DNA from: Nitrospirales bacterium
GTDB taxonomy: Bacteria; Nitrospirota; Nitrospiria; Nitrospirales; UBA8639
Assembly: GCA_965203295.1 (NCBI GenBank)
Contig: CBDBCZ010000009.1
Span: forward strand, 128,001-192,000
Direction: 5' to 3'
DNA length: 64,000 nucleotides
This document shows, in pieces, positions 41,224 to 53,453 of the stretch; position 1 is the first letter of the stretch; each line of letters starts with the position of its first letter. The notes below the pieces were generated by a model that did no database searches, had not been told where the DNA came from, and saw only the letters and a program-made list of their open reading frames with translations. The position numbers were made by a program, and so were the translations under genes.

Positions 41224-41327
41224 GGGGCGGAGCTAGTCTCGTGCCCAGAATTTGGCTCCTCCTCCATAGGCCATCACATTATTGCGAGGGGAGGAGCCAA
41301 AAAGTGGCACGAGTCTAGCCCCGCCCC
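41224..41327. mobile_element. Miniature inverted-repeat element with extended arms
   Basis: GGGGCGGAGCTAGTCTCGTGCC...TTTGGCTCCTCC / GGAGGAGCCAAA...GGCACGAGTCTAGCCCCGCCCC. A similar hairpin lies at 41134-41181. Confidence 0.55.
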
Positions 41328-41619
41328 GCAGGTCTCTATCATGTAGATATTAGAGGGCACGACTAGCTGATCGACGGAGTGATCGTTGAGATAGGCTCCA
41401 CCTCTCACGATTCGTCACTGCAGGTACGTTTTGAGGCGGGAAGCTGTATAATTTACAAATTCTTTTGTTAATATTGTGAATTTTAATATAGTAGAGAGTT
41501 ATGGTTGATCCAAGTTAATTTGCTGTTTATGGTTGGCCCCTCAAAGTGCTCCAGCTTTTTATGGTGAAGTGTATAAAAGCACTTTGCAATGAAAAGCTGG
41601 GGTTGGAGCCTGGGACAAG

Positions 41620-43550
41620 GCTATTGAGAAGCCTCAATTCATAATTATTCGCATAAATTGCCAATCTGGACATGGCACGAAACTGATCGAGAAAAGGGCA
41701 AGAATTGCAAACTATGCTTCAAACCATCTTGTGTTGTTGGCCACATGGCATGGCGAATTAATGAAAACATGTGACTGATATATAATCGTGTTTTCGATAG
41801 GAACGTACAATTTAATTTTAACACAACAGCAGTTCACATCTTATAGCCCACCTGTCATTAAGTGATATTGTTGAGATGTGCTCAGTCGGCACATGAGTAT
41901 GTCTGTAGTAATGAGTTTAAGTGGCTTCGTGTAGAGCACTTAAGGAACACACATACTCACATCCATCTTTTGTGACTAGGGAATACGACTGCCATACATA
42001 CTCTATTCCTGTCCTACAAATGATGGATTCGAATTGATTGTGTACTTTGACTATTGGTGCAAGGACAGGCAAACGCCGAACCAAACAAGAGGTTTGGTGG
42101 GTTTCAAACTGGAGGGTAGGGTCAACCACACCACAGTCCCTTCATCTTATTACTGTACTCATTTTTGTCAGCAATTGATTATCGTAACTGTCCTCATAGT
42201 ATAGTTATGAATTATTTGCTTCCAAGCTCTAAATTGAAGAACTGGGGCCTAAAGAATTAGGCTACATTAATTACATGTAGACATCGTAACACTATTTCCG
42301 GATATTGTGCTACCATATATCTAGCTAATATAAATAGTAATTGCACACCTTGTTTCATATTCTGTGGCTGATTGTTTTTGTGATGTCATTGTATTTAAAG
42401 AATGCATTTCAAATTTGCTCATACTCGAGAGAGATCGACGTGAGTGTGTGTGTTCTTTAGTTGCTCTACAAGAAACCCACTTAAACCCATTACTACAGGC
42501 ATACTCATGTGCCCACTGAGCACTTCTCAATAAAGTCAATGAAGTCAACAATCAATTAATGTATGGATTGTAAGATGTGAACTGCTGCAGTGCTCACTGT
42601 CAGTCACCTGGGTTCCTATACAGCACACCCGACATTTTCAGTGCCATAAATGACACAAACCTACATGGACTGTGTCCTATGTGCGTACATATGCACTAAA
42701 ATCAAAAAGTAAAGTTATAGCCCTGCCATTTTCTCATCCAATACCTTCAGAACTATCCAACATGATTGCAGAAAGGGACTGTTGTGTAGTTGACCTTACC
42801 CATCAGTTTCTACCTTACCAAATGAGTACAGGAAGAGACTGTTGTGTGGTTGACCCTACTCAACCCCTCCAAACCTTTTGCCTGTACATTAGAGGCATTG
42901 CATGTACGTAATTCACAAGCAGATCTTTAAGGTTGACACAACCTGATTGCTATTAGTAAACCTCCGTGCTAATTACGTAGATCACTGCCAATATCCTTAC
43001 TTCCGACACAAACCATTATGTAATGCTGCCTACAGGAAGGACAGTTGTGCCGGAGAAGTTTTCCATACCAATATAAGGCTTTGTACATTGCAGCTGACAT
43101 TGAAAATGATATAGAGATGGGGCGGTGTATGTTGTGTTTATGCTATCTCTACACCTCAACGTGTTTGCTTGCTTTATGGCACTTCCATCCCCTACATCTT
43201 TTATTAATTTCTAGTAAGCCATTGGTAGTCTCGAGTTTGCCAGGCATTCAGTGCCTATCACTACAGTGATCAGTCATTACCTCATCAAGTGACTATTATT
43301 AGAATGCACCATGGCTTCTTTTAATTGAATTTATGAGAATAAATGCCCCTATCTTGGAATGTGTATCATTCCAGCTGCTGTGTGTGTGCTCTAATGCAGC
43401 CATATCACTGTATTGTTTTAATTGCTCTACAAGAAATCCACTTAAACTCAGACATTCTCAAGTGCTTAATGAGCTGGTCTCAATAAAGGACAGGTGTCAG
43501 GTGGATTGTAAGATTCAAACTGCTGTAGTTTTAACAGACACGTACCCTCC
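41620..43550. repeat. Upstream segmental-duplication block, copy D
   Basis: Colinear with about 34940-36820, including the orphan coding piece. Its left part also matches about 48810-49100. Confidence 0.8.
42007..42086 (-). pseudogene. About 80-bp orphan piece of family coding sequence (FGSAFACPCTNSQSTQSI..PSFVGQ)
   Basis: Minus strand reads TTT GGT TCG GCG TTT GCC TGT CCT TGC ACC AAT AGT CAA AGT ACA CAA TCA ATT. Confidence 0.8.
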
Positions 43551-43587
43551 CCTGTCAGTGCCTTTCTCCAAAAATCTCTCTCTCTAG

Positions 43588-44109
43588 GTTCGACCCCCAT
43601 ATGGCACTCGCAGCCACAACCACAAGAGCCAGTTGCAAACCCCGGTCCCGGTGCCACTCCGGTCACAAGCACTCCCATGGAGGTTGACTCCGTCCGTATC
43701 GATTACCACCTTGACGGGACAACCGGTCATCCGACGCTGGTGATCGACCTCACCACGGCCACCTCCATACCAGAGACACCTGAGCCCCCGCTGCCCAGTG
43801 CTCCTCCCCGGCTCCCTCCTCCCTGGCTCCATCCTCCCCATGCAGATCCTGCAGTGGCCATAGAAACGCCTGCAGCCATGGAGCCGTAAGCATATAAGGA
43901 TTTGTGCATAATTACTCTTTACTGTGCGAAATCATCTCTGTACCTCCCATGCTTTTTCATGTCCATGCAACTACTCTCGTTTTCACTGCAGAAGCCCTCC
44001 CAGTTGTGGCCGACCCCGCCAGAAGAGTTGCCGCAGGCTCGGAAGGCGCGACGACAGCAGTTACCGCTGCAGCTGGAGATTTGCGAAGTGGGGAGAAGGT
44101 GGCCAACCG
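43588..44109 (+). pseudogene. Captured two-exon Pro/Thr-rich gene fragment (best preserved copy)
   Basis: Exon 43588-43885 (STPIWHSQPQPQEPVANPGP...AAMEP), intron gtaag...tttcactgcag (43886-43991), and exon 43992-44109 followed by gtaagt. No upstream or downstream exons were recognised. Confidence 0.6.
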
Positions 44110-44353
44110 GTAAGTGGACTGCATACATGATAGCTATATAGTCGATTATGTGTACTGATACCCATATCATGGCTAGATGAATTCTCCTAATGTCATTGTA
44201 CATAGTTGCACTCTCTACAAGCGGCCGGTTCAACCAAACAAATTTAGAATATGCCTATTACTGTTCCTCGATTGAACGGCTTTGTTGGGCTCGAGTACAG
44301 TGCAACAAAATTTTGTTTGTGTCCCAATCAGATTTGGATTGTTACTGTCTAAA

Positions 44354-44884
44354 CTAGAAGTCTCTAGCAGAGACATACCCCGCGGTGCATAATTCACAAC
44401 TTGGACCTGGCAGGACTGCAGACTGCAGACTGGGCTGATGGAGTAGTTGGCAAAGTGTACATGTATATCACTGGCTGTGTATCCGCACGCAGAGTGTACA
44501 GCGCTCGTGTATGCGTATATATCTGTATATCGTCTGGGAAGTGGTGGGCGTGACTGATTGCCAATATGAACACGTGACCAGAGTCCGTATATGCCCAGCC
44601 TCTATCGTATTATAGTTGTGACCGTATTAAAATGGCAGAATGCACCGTTGTTAAAAAAGAAAGAGCTGTAGATACAGCGAATGGAACCGCTTTGGCAACT
44701 ATCAGGTACACACCCGGACATTTTTTTTTTTATTTCAATGTTACTGTCGTGTTTAGAAATCGCTTAACCCTGTAAATCGTGAGATAGCCCGATTTTGAGT
44801 GGACAGACACCGGACAGACGGACGGACGGACGGACAGACAGAACCGATTGCTTAACCCCGCCGCCGCCTATGCGCCGCGAGGTA
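44354..44884 (-). mobile_element. DINE-1/HINE-like element, subfamily 1, inverted
   Basis: Near-identical reverse complement of 32251-32780. Empty site gtctaaacaaggtg at about 13881-13894. Confidence 0.8.
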
Positions 44885-45201
44885 ATAAGGTGATACTGGC
44901 TAATCATGCCTGTACAATGTTTTTTGAACCTTTCTCAAGCAATAGAACGGAAATGTAGTATGCTTTCAGTTGCTAGTGACTCATCTGAGAAAGCTCTTTC
45001 GGCAGTTTTTAAACTGGATTAACGTAAAGCAGTTAATAGTGTCCCCACTGTTCAGAGATTCTCTCAGTGGGCAGTACATTTCAACAGAATTGTCTGTCTG
45101 AAATTTTTCTACCAAACTATTCAGAGAAGATTACGACGGTACGTAGCCAATACCTCAAACATTTTCAAAGTACTGCTGAAATTAAAGTTGAAATTGAAGA
45201 A

Positions 45202-45780
45202 CTTTCAATATTCTCCACTTCGCCCTTGTTTCTATAGTATCCCATATACTGACAGGAAGTTGTTGATCATGTTTATATACTCCAGCCCCCAGGGCAATAT
45301 ATAACATACGGCACATCAGACAGTTACTATACATGCATGCAGTCACTAGCATAGCGCGAGAGCCACTTGTTCAATAAGGGGGCGTCTCCCGATTAGAGTA
45401 GCTAAAGTAGAGGGAGGAGCTGGGTCTTGGGGGCGGTGCTTATTACGCCACTTCCGCCACGTGTAGCCGGCTGACAGTTTCTCAGCCTCACCGTCTGTTA
45501 GTATGGACGCGAAGCGACTGTTTTGTTTACAGCATTCCGTCCACTCGGGTAAACCAAGACAAGTCGGAGAACCGCACAGAGCGATACTGTAGCTACTAGC
45601 TAAGCGTTGACTATTTCGGTTGCCATGTTGGTTGTTACCATGGACCCAAAGAACCAATCCGCTTAAGAATATAACAGATAAACCACGATTGCCAGGCATT
45701 TATGGCTATAAACAGCCCTCGCCCTCGGGCTAGTGCAGTTTATGGACCATAAATCCCTGGCTACCGCAGTTTATCTATTA
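45202..45780. mobile_element. About 580-bp insertion, unclassified (Crypton-like terminus suspected)
   Basis: Absent from the paralogous site at about 15182-15208 (gaaattgaagaattatcatgactgtcc). The right end has an imperfect inverted repeat GGCATTTATGGCTATAAAC...GTTTATGGACCATAAATCCC around GCCCTCGCCCTCGGGC. No TSD seen. Confidence 0.5.
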
Positions 45781-46049
45781 ATTATCACGACTGTCCTTAC
45801 AGCACTAATAGTTCAGTTGTGCATTGCTTCAGGGCTTCAAATTGAACTGGAGCCTAGAAATTAGGCACCATTAATTGATTAAACATCGTAATAGTTCTGG
45901 ATATATTGTGCTACCATGGCTACTACATATAATGTAATTGCTCGCTCACCTTGTTGCTATAACTACATATCCTGTGGCTAATTATAAGTACCCAAACTCC
46001 TACACACATGCCAGTGTAGTAATAGTGTGACATGAGCTGTAAGTGATGA

Positions 46050-46219
46050 ACCTCAGGAGGACAGACCTGCCCCCCTCCCTCCAGTACTGTAGCAGAGTAA
46101 CTCACTGTAGATAGTGAGCTGTTGTCATGCTGGCTAGTCGCACCTTCCTGGCATGAAGTGAGCTGAAGTTCAGCAGCTAGAATGAGTGCAAAAACTGCGT
46201 ACAAAACTTTACTCCTCAT
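46050..46219 (-). pseudogene. N-terminal fragment (MRSKVLYAVF...QVCPPE) fused to 3'-flank sequence
   Basis: ATG at 46219 and TATA at 46281-46287. Homology ends at PPE and continues into sequence matching about 15200-15500. Confidence 0.85.
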
Positions 46220-46829
46220 TGTGGCCAAACAGCTTGTGTCCAACTGTTTTAGAGTGTGATTGTTGTGACTGGGACATGCCTTATATACTCTAGGAATGGG
46301 ATGTAAAGTACCAAACTAGGTCACCTTCAGGTAGCAAATTAATAGCTTGGAACCATGACCAAATTAAGGCACGTACGTTCCAGTGGAGAGAGGAGGACAT
46401 GTACAAATTAATAGATGGCGCCACTGAATACAATACAGTGTGTGGCTGGCAATTTATTAATAAGTAGCTTTACTGGAGCACACACACAGCAGCTGGAATG
46501 ATACACATTCCAGACATTCTAAGAGTTATTGTTGGGAATTCAATTGCAGAAAATGCATTATGCATTCTAATAATAGTCACTTGATGAGGTAATGCTATTA
46601 CTGTCACTGAATGCCATGGCAAACTCCAGACTACCAATCAGACATACGTATTAGCCACCTTACAGCAAGAAATTAAATTAAGCCACGCATTAAATTAAGC
46701 CACGCATTAGCTCTTGAGATATTTTAAACTGCATTGAGGAGTCACAATTCATTACAGTCTGTAAATCTGGATATGACACGAGGCTTTTAGCACCCTCTTA
46801 TTACACTGTTCGCATTATACACTGCTAAT

Positions 46830-46866
<37 letters not shown>

Positions 46867-47685
46867 GGAGGGGGGGGGGGTTATTAGGGAGAGAAAATAA
46901 TAAAGGAAGGGCTGTGGCAGAGTTCTTGTCCATTACTTTATGAGTTACCGAGTTTATGGTTTGATTAGCTGCATTATGCACACATGACTGGCCCAGTGAT
47001 GTGTGAGGTCCACCATGGGCATATACATGCAGCTTATAGCTGTGACCTATCCCATCTGGTACCCTGTGGCTTAGTCTCATACCCAGATCCCAACCCTAAC
47101 TTTATTCTGATTTATAGACACACCTCCTCAGAAATCACAGTAGATTGAAATTGTGTGTATGGGAGGTGTTTCTTGTTGAAACTAAAATTAAACTTTTCTT
47201 CAGTATCAGACTAAATCTAATTGGCTATGTAAAGCCACACTAAAAACACACTAGTTTATATATTATGTCTGTAAACACTACAGCAGTTCACATCTTACAA
47301 CCCACCTGTCCTTTATTGAGACGTGCTCAGTGGGTACGTGAGCATGTCTGTAGTATTGAGTAGTATTGAGTTTAAGTGGACTTCGTGTAGAGCAATTAAG
47401 GAACATGCACATTCACGTGGATTTTTGGAGTATGAGCAATTTGGGAAAACATTCTAATACATTAGCAATGAAGTGGTTAGTCTGCACATCTTCCTCCCTG
47501 ATTCAGTCTGTGGTGTCTGCTTCACTTAATAGTTCTGATTAGCATGGTACCACAGCTGTAAATAGCTAAATTACTTTTCCTGTAACTGAATTACTTTTCC
47601 TGTAACTCAATTTATGAGAATATAAATGCTCTAAGATAATGTTTGAGATTTAGTGTATTACTTTTCCTGTAAATAAAATTTACAT

Positions 47686-47771
47686 GCACACGCACACGCA
47701 CACGCACACGCACACGCACACGCACACGCACACGCACACGCACACGCACACGCACACGCACACGCACACAC
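47686..47771. repeat. (CACGCA)n hexanucleotide microsatellite
   Basis: Directly visible. Confidence 0.95.
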
Positions 47772-47992
47772 CAATAGTGTGTGAGGTCCACGTGGTCATA
47801 ATCATACCTGCAGCTAATTCCTGTGGTTTTCCAATCATGTGTCCTGTGTATATACCTTAGTCTCATACCCAGATCCCATCCCTCACTAGATGGTCTGCCA
47901 CCATTGCACTGGTAGCTCAGCCTTCATTAAACTCTTTCAGATAATTAATTAGAAATTTTGGGTGAAGCAACGCGCTATGGGCTCAACAGTCT

Positions 47993-48740
47993 CAGCTTGT
48001 GTCCAACTGTTTTAGAGTATGATTGTTATGACTGGGACTTGCCTAGCTTATATACTCTAAAAATGGGATAAGTACCAAATCAATTTTAAGCTCCAGTGGA
48101 GAGAGGTAAACATGTACAAATTATTAGCTGGTGCCACTGAAGATTAAAACAGTAGAGCATGTGGCTGGCAATTACACAGCAGCTGGAATGATACACATTA
48201 CTAAGATATTTATTCTCATGAATTCAATTACAGGAAAGCCACTACAAATTCTAATAATAGTCACTTGATGAGGTAATGCACCATAACTAACACTGTAGTA
48301 ATTATAGACACTGAATGTCATGGCAAACGTTACTACTCATTGTGGCTGAACAGCTAGAGTGTGATCGTTGTGAGTGGGGCATGCCTTATTTACTCTAGGA
48401 ATGGGATATAAAGTACCAAATTCAGGCGCGTTCTAGCGGAGAGAGGAGGACATGTACAATCATTACCTGGCGCCACTGAAGATTAAAACAATACAGTGTA
48501 TGGCCAGCGGGCAATTTCTGTAGTAAATAGCTTTATTACAGCACACACACAGCAGCTGGGATGATACACATTCCAGACATCCTGAGGTAAGCATGAATTC
48601 AGTTACAGGAAAGCCATTATGCATTCTAAAAATAGTCACTTGATGAGATAATGCAGCACTCTACCTATCACTGTAGTGATGGGCACCGAATGCCATGGCA
48701 AACTTCACGAATCAGACGTATTAGCCACCTTACAGCTTAA
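47993..48740 (-). promoter_or_regulatory. Two head-to-tail orphan family promoters; the second retains only MSSNV (ATG at 48340)
   Basis: TATA at 48048-48054 plus upstream module to 48325, then aacgttactactcat with a degenerate TATA (about 48386) plus upstream module. Confidence 0.7.
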
Positions 48741-49108
48741 ACTTAATGCCACCCATCGCTCCACCCCCCCCCCCCCCCCCCCCCCCCCCCAAGTTTTTTA
48801 ATCACAAAGTGCTCCAGCTCTTTATGGTGAAGTGTATAAGAGCACTTTGCGATGAAAAGCTGGGGTTGGAGCCTGGGAACGAGGCTATTGAGAAGCCTCA
48901 ATTCATAATTGTTTGCATAAATTGCCAATCTGGACAAGGCACGAGACTGATCGAGAAAAGGGCAAGAATTGCAAACTATGCTTCAAACCATCTTGTGTTG
49001 TTGGCCACATGGCATGGCGAATTAATGAAAACATGTGACTGATATATAATCGTGTTTTCGGTAGGAACGTACAATTTAATGTTAAGGCAACAGCAGTTTA
49101 CAACTTAA

Positions 49109-49237
49109 CTCTTTCCCAGCCAAGTTTTAATACATCCATAAGGCTAATGTGAATTTATATTGGCCTTTTTATATTAGGCGTTAACATAAAGTACATGGTT
49201 TTTCTATTTTATAAATGTGCCCATGGCGTTCAAAGAG
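49109..49237. mobile_element. piggyBac-like MITE
   Basis: TTAA|CTCTTT...AAAGAG|TTAA. It interrupts a module that is continuous elsewhere (cagcagttcacatcttatagcccac) and is related internally to 50503-50645. Confidence 0.6.
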
Positions 49238-49854
49238 TTAATAAATCATAGCCCACAGTGATATTGTTGAGATGTGCTCAGTTGGCACGTAAATATGTCT
49301 GTAGTAATGAGTTTATTGGCTTCATGTAGAGCAATTAAGGAACACACACACTCACGTCCATCTTTCGTGACTTGGGAATACGACTATGTGCACACACATG
49401 TATGCACTTGCACACATTCACCCCACAATCATGCGTGAACGTTCACCTCATACACAACTACCTGAGTGTATGATTACTTCACTGTATACCTGCACAGCCT
49501 GCCCACTCAATGCATCCTAATTATCTGAGGATGGGATAGCAGCATCAGGAAATTCCTATACAATATCCATGGCAACAGCAGGGTAAGTTATAAGCACCCA
49601 CATCCCTAATATAATAGGTGAAGAGAGTTTCAGATAGGAGCATGATAGGTATAGCTGCTGATCAGGCAGCAGCTATACATGTAGGTATAACTAGATTACT
49701 TACTATGACTGGAGATGAACTTCGACACACTCCATTGTCACACAATGTACTGTAAACCCGATCGCCTAATTGGTTACATATCTGAAAGCACTTGTACAGG
49801 CAAGAGGTTTAATAAGGTGGAAACTCAGGGGTAGGGTCAACCACACTTCCTTTT

Positions 49855-50391
49855 TACCCCGCGCCGTGCATGCGCGAGCGGGGTTAAGCAATCGGTTTTG
49901 TCCGTCTGTCGTTGTCGTTGTCGTTGTTGTCTGTCATAAAATTTTTTGGAAAAACGCTCAAACGGGCGATTTAGATGTTACAACAATTTCTAAACAGGAT
50001 TATAACACTGAAGTCCGTGGTACATTAGCTTGTCTGTACCTGATATAGTAGAAAGCGGTTTTATTCTCGGCATTTTCACGCTTTTTCTGATTATCGGTGG
50101 TGTTCCACCATTTTTTAATACGGCAATTGGTCACGCCTTTTTTAATACGGCAGTTGGTCACGCCTACAGCTTGAATACGGACATACGCGAGTGCTCGAGT
50201 ATGGTATACGAGTCTTATATTCAACATGGAGCTTAGAAGAGATACTCAGATAGAAAGCATGCTGGAGTATACGTAGAGAAACGCCCGTATCATTACTACG
50301 GCGATAAGCCACGCCTACAGCTCGCATACGGTGCTATATACAGTGTGCAGGGTCCAGGAGCGCGGGGTATATCTCTGCTAGAGACCTCTAG
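49855..50391 (+). mobile_element. DINE-1/HINE-like element, subfamily 2
   Basis: TACCCCGCG...GCGGGGTTAAGCAATCGG, (GTC/GTT)n microsatellite, CGCGGGGTA, stem-loop CTAGAGACCTCTAG, flanked by T-runs. It interrupts the cttcctcttattactgtactc module (cf. 2491-2511). Confidence 0.8.
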
Positions 50392-50502
50392 TTTTACTGT
50401 GCTCATTTCTATGGTTCTGTTTAAGAAACTGTGATATGGATGGGCTATAGCTGTAGACTTTTTGTGTGCATGTGTATGTAGTAACCTAGTTTAATTAATT
50501 AA

Positions 50503-50645
50503 CTCTTTACCAACCAATGACGCATATATGCGTCATGAGCTCCCATAAGCCCATATGAATTTATATGGGGGGTTTAATATTAGGCGTTAATACTTTATAC
50601 AGGCTTTTCTGCTTCTTTAAGCTGTTTCTTATGGTCGGTAAAGGG
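50503..50645. mobile_element. piggyBac-like MITE
   Basis: TTAA|CTCTTTACCAACCA...TGGTCGGTAAAGGG|TTAA, with the internal palindrome TGACGCATATATGCGTCA. Confidence 0.7.
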
Positions 50646-51466
50646 TTAACTAGCTGCTACCTCATCAGAATGCCGTATTCCTGTTGAAAAATAACATGCC
50701 CATAGGAGCCCCAGTGAACGTTAGTGAGCACTACAGCAATTCACATCTTACAAGCCACCTGTCTGGTCCAGACATCCTCACTGGAAACATGAGTATGTCT
50801 GTATAGTAATGAGTTTTTCATTAAGTGGCTTCTTGTAGTGCAATTAAGGAACGTACATTCTATATAAATTCTCATCATTGCAATGACATCAGGAAAATAG
50901 TTTAGAGACGTTCCCATAGCAATTAGTAGCCAGGAAAGCAGATACAGGCCAGACTACACACCTTGTTGCCATAGCTTCATATCCTGTGGCTAATTAGAAG
51001 TACCCAGGCTCCTACACACACATGCCAGTGCAGTAATAGTGCTTACAGGCTACAACATTTAGCTTTAAGTTGTGGAAATATTAACACAGGATTGATTGGT
51101 ACTCTCTTCCATAAACCCGCTGTAATGCAATATTTGAAATTGTTACCCACCTTAGGATACCTATGACCAAATCATCTTGATTTCAGAACTTTTTTGCTTG
51201 AAAAAAATCTGATAATGACAAACAAGAGAAACAGCTACACCAACAAATGGGTTAACGCTAGTAACTATCACAAACTGAAGTATAAAACCAAGGGACTGTA
51301 AATAAAAATATTTAGCCAAGGGCCAGTCGAACCCATGACAGGGAAAAAACTATGGTGGACAAAGAAAAAACTATACGTCAGCTGAAAGAAAAACTCACCA
51401 TAGAAAAACCCAAAATATAAGATTACAACACACTACTGTAGCATTTAATTTACAACACTCAAGTAA

Positions 51467-52543
51467 TTATTGCACAAAGATCTCAATCAGTTCAATAGGA
51501 GTGTCCTCCTCTTGAATGGCATTATCGCCACATATTCTCATTTCAATATTGTCAGTTGTGGGTTCAGGTAGAATTTTACAAAAGTACGGTGGCCCATTCA
51601 GCTCGCAGCAAGTACTTCCTGACCCACAGCCCTCTCCATCCCAGAGTGGGTCACCATCAGGGTAAAATACACCATTAGTCACAATACCAGTAATACCAGT
51701 CTCACAGAAGTAGTCTTGCCCCACAAAAGAAGGAATGGATTGCGGACTTCGACTATTGGTGCAAGGACAGACTAACTCAGCATGTGAATCCAGCTCCGTG
51801 ATTGAAGCAGCAAATGTCCAAACATGCTCTTTCTCTGTTCCACGTGTGATAACCACTCCATCCACATAGGGGTCTTCAATTCTAGTATAGGGTCCATAAT
51901 TGTAATTCCAAAATGCATCCGTGGATCCCAACTGGTAGGCAATAATTCTACCACAGATCTGAGAAAATGAGATATTGTAAGTACTGAAAGAGACAGAACT
52001 GCAGCCGCCACCACCTGGCAGAGTTACATTGGTTCTTCCACACGTTCTCACTGGCTCTGCGATCTCCCTCCAGGCTGGTGGACACTGGTGGGTAGGGTCA
52101 GTCATGTTGAGGAAGGCCACACGACACCATCCTCCAACACTAGCACTGCTACAACTACACTCCCTGGTCAAGTCGCAATAGACCCGAACAGCTGTTCCAC
52201 TAGAGCTGGCGATCCAGTAGTACTCTGACGGGAGTTGGGGGTCGCACTGTGACACTTCAAGGCAGGATGATGCAGGACTCTCCTGGACTTGACCTGGACA
52301 GTGTACGTCAAGGATATCATTGCGAATAATGTTCAAAATATCTTCAGCAATTTCAGCTCTGGCCATCTCCAGTTGCTCCTCAGGAGGACAGACCTGCCCC
52401 CCTCCTTCCAGTACTGTAGCAGAGTAACTTGCTGGTACTGTACGGTTGTCATGCTGGCTAGTCACACCTTCCTGGCATGAAGTGAGCTGAAGTTCAGCAG
52501 CTAGAATGAGTGCAAGAACTGCGTACAAAGCGTTACTACTCAT
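51467..52543 (-). CDS. Secreted Cys-rich protein with fibrinogen/COLFI-like N-terminal subdomain (358 aa, intronless)
   Basis: Complete ORF, close paralogue of 22300-23370, with TATA at 52587-52593 and a conserved 3' flank. Confidence 0.93.
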   Translation of the reverse strand: MSSNALYAVLALILAAELQLTSCQEGVTSQHDNRTVPASYSATVLEGGGQVCPPEEQLEMARAEIAEDILNIIRNDILDVHCPGQVQESPASSCLEVSQCDPQLPSEYYWIASSSGTAVRVYCDLTRECSCSSASVGGWCRVAFLNMTDPTHQCPPAWREIAEPVRTCGRTNVTLPGGGGCSSVSFSTYNISFSQICGRIIAYQLGSTDAFWNYNYGPYTRIEDPYVDGVVITRGTEKEHVWTFAASITELDSHAELVCPCTNSRSPQSIPSFVGQDYFCETGITGIVTNGVFYPDGDPLWDGEGCGSGSTCCELNGPPYFCKILPEPTTDNIEMRICGDNAIQEEDTPIELIEIFVQ

Positions 52544-52586
52544 TGTGACTAAACAGCTTGTGCCGAAATTGTGACTGGGACATGCC

Positions 52587-52593
52587 TTATATA
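52587..52593 (-). promoter_or_regulatory. TATA box of the 51467-52543 gene
   Basis: GAGTATATAAGGCATGTCCC about 44 nt upstream of the ATG. Confidence 0.7.
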
Positions 52594-53380
52594 CTCTAGG
52601 AATGGGATGTAAAGTACCAAATTAAGTTACGCTCCAGTGGAGAGAGGAGGACATGTACAAATTATTAGCCGGCGCCACTAAAGATTAATACAGCACAGTG
52701 TTCTGGCTGACAATTTTTTTAATCAGTAGCTTTACTAGAGCACACATACAGCAGCTGGAATGGTACACATTCCAGACATCCTAACATAAGAGTATTTATT
52801 GTCGTGAATTCAATCAACACATTAGCCATCTTACAGTTTACAAGAAGTAAAATCAATGCCTACCATTAACTCTTGTGATATTAAACTGCATTGAGGAGTC
52901 ACAATTCATGACAGTCTGCAAATTTGCCAATCTGGATGTGACACAGACTGAGGAAGGAAGAATTACAAACTAACAGTCTTCTTAGTACTCACTGTGAACA
53001 ACCCTGTGTAGTTTCCCACATGCGGCATTGTGGATTAATAATAAGCTCTGTGACTGACATAAAATTGTGTTTTGGGTAGGAACGTACCATAATATTATTT
53101 AATGTTAACATAACCGTAGTTCACATTTTTCACCCCGCCTGCATGTCGTTAAGTAATTTTGTCGAGACGTGTCACGTGCTCAGTGGGCACATGAGCATGT
53201 CTGTAGTAATGAGTTTAAGTGGGCTTCTTGTAGAGCAATTACAGAACACACACACTCTTGTCAGTCTTTGAGTAAGAGAGAAACCCACTTAACTCAAGTG
53301 CTTCATGAGCTGGTCTCAACGAAGGACAAGTGGGTTGAAAGATGTGAAGTGCTGTAGTGTTCACAGACGTTTACTCCTCG

Positions 53381-53453
53381 CCTCCCTTCCTTTCCCCTCC
53401 CCTCCCCTCCCCTCCCCTCCCCTCCCTTCCCCCTCCCCTCCCCTCCCCTCCCC
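53381..53453. repeat. (CCCCT)n microsatellite, paralogous position to 3779-4010
   Basis: Directly visible; the flanks match 3675-3775 and 4290-4790. Confidence 0.9.

Noticed and set aside
45923..46243. ORF-track starts upstream of the family ATG (also 10137, 54575, 58521)
   Set aside because: Paralogue alignment and TATA position place the real starts at 46219, 10095, 54482 and 58491.
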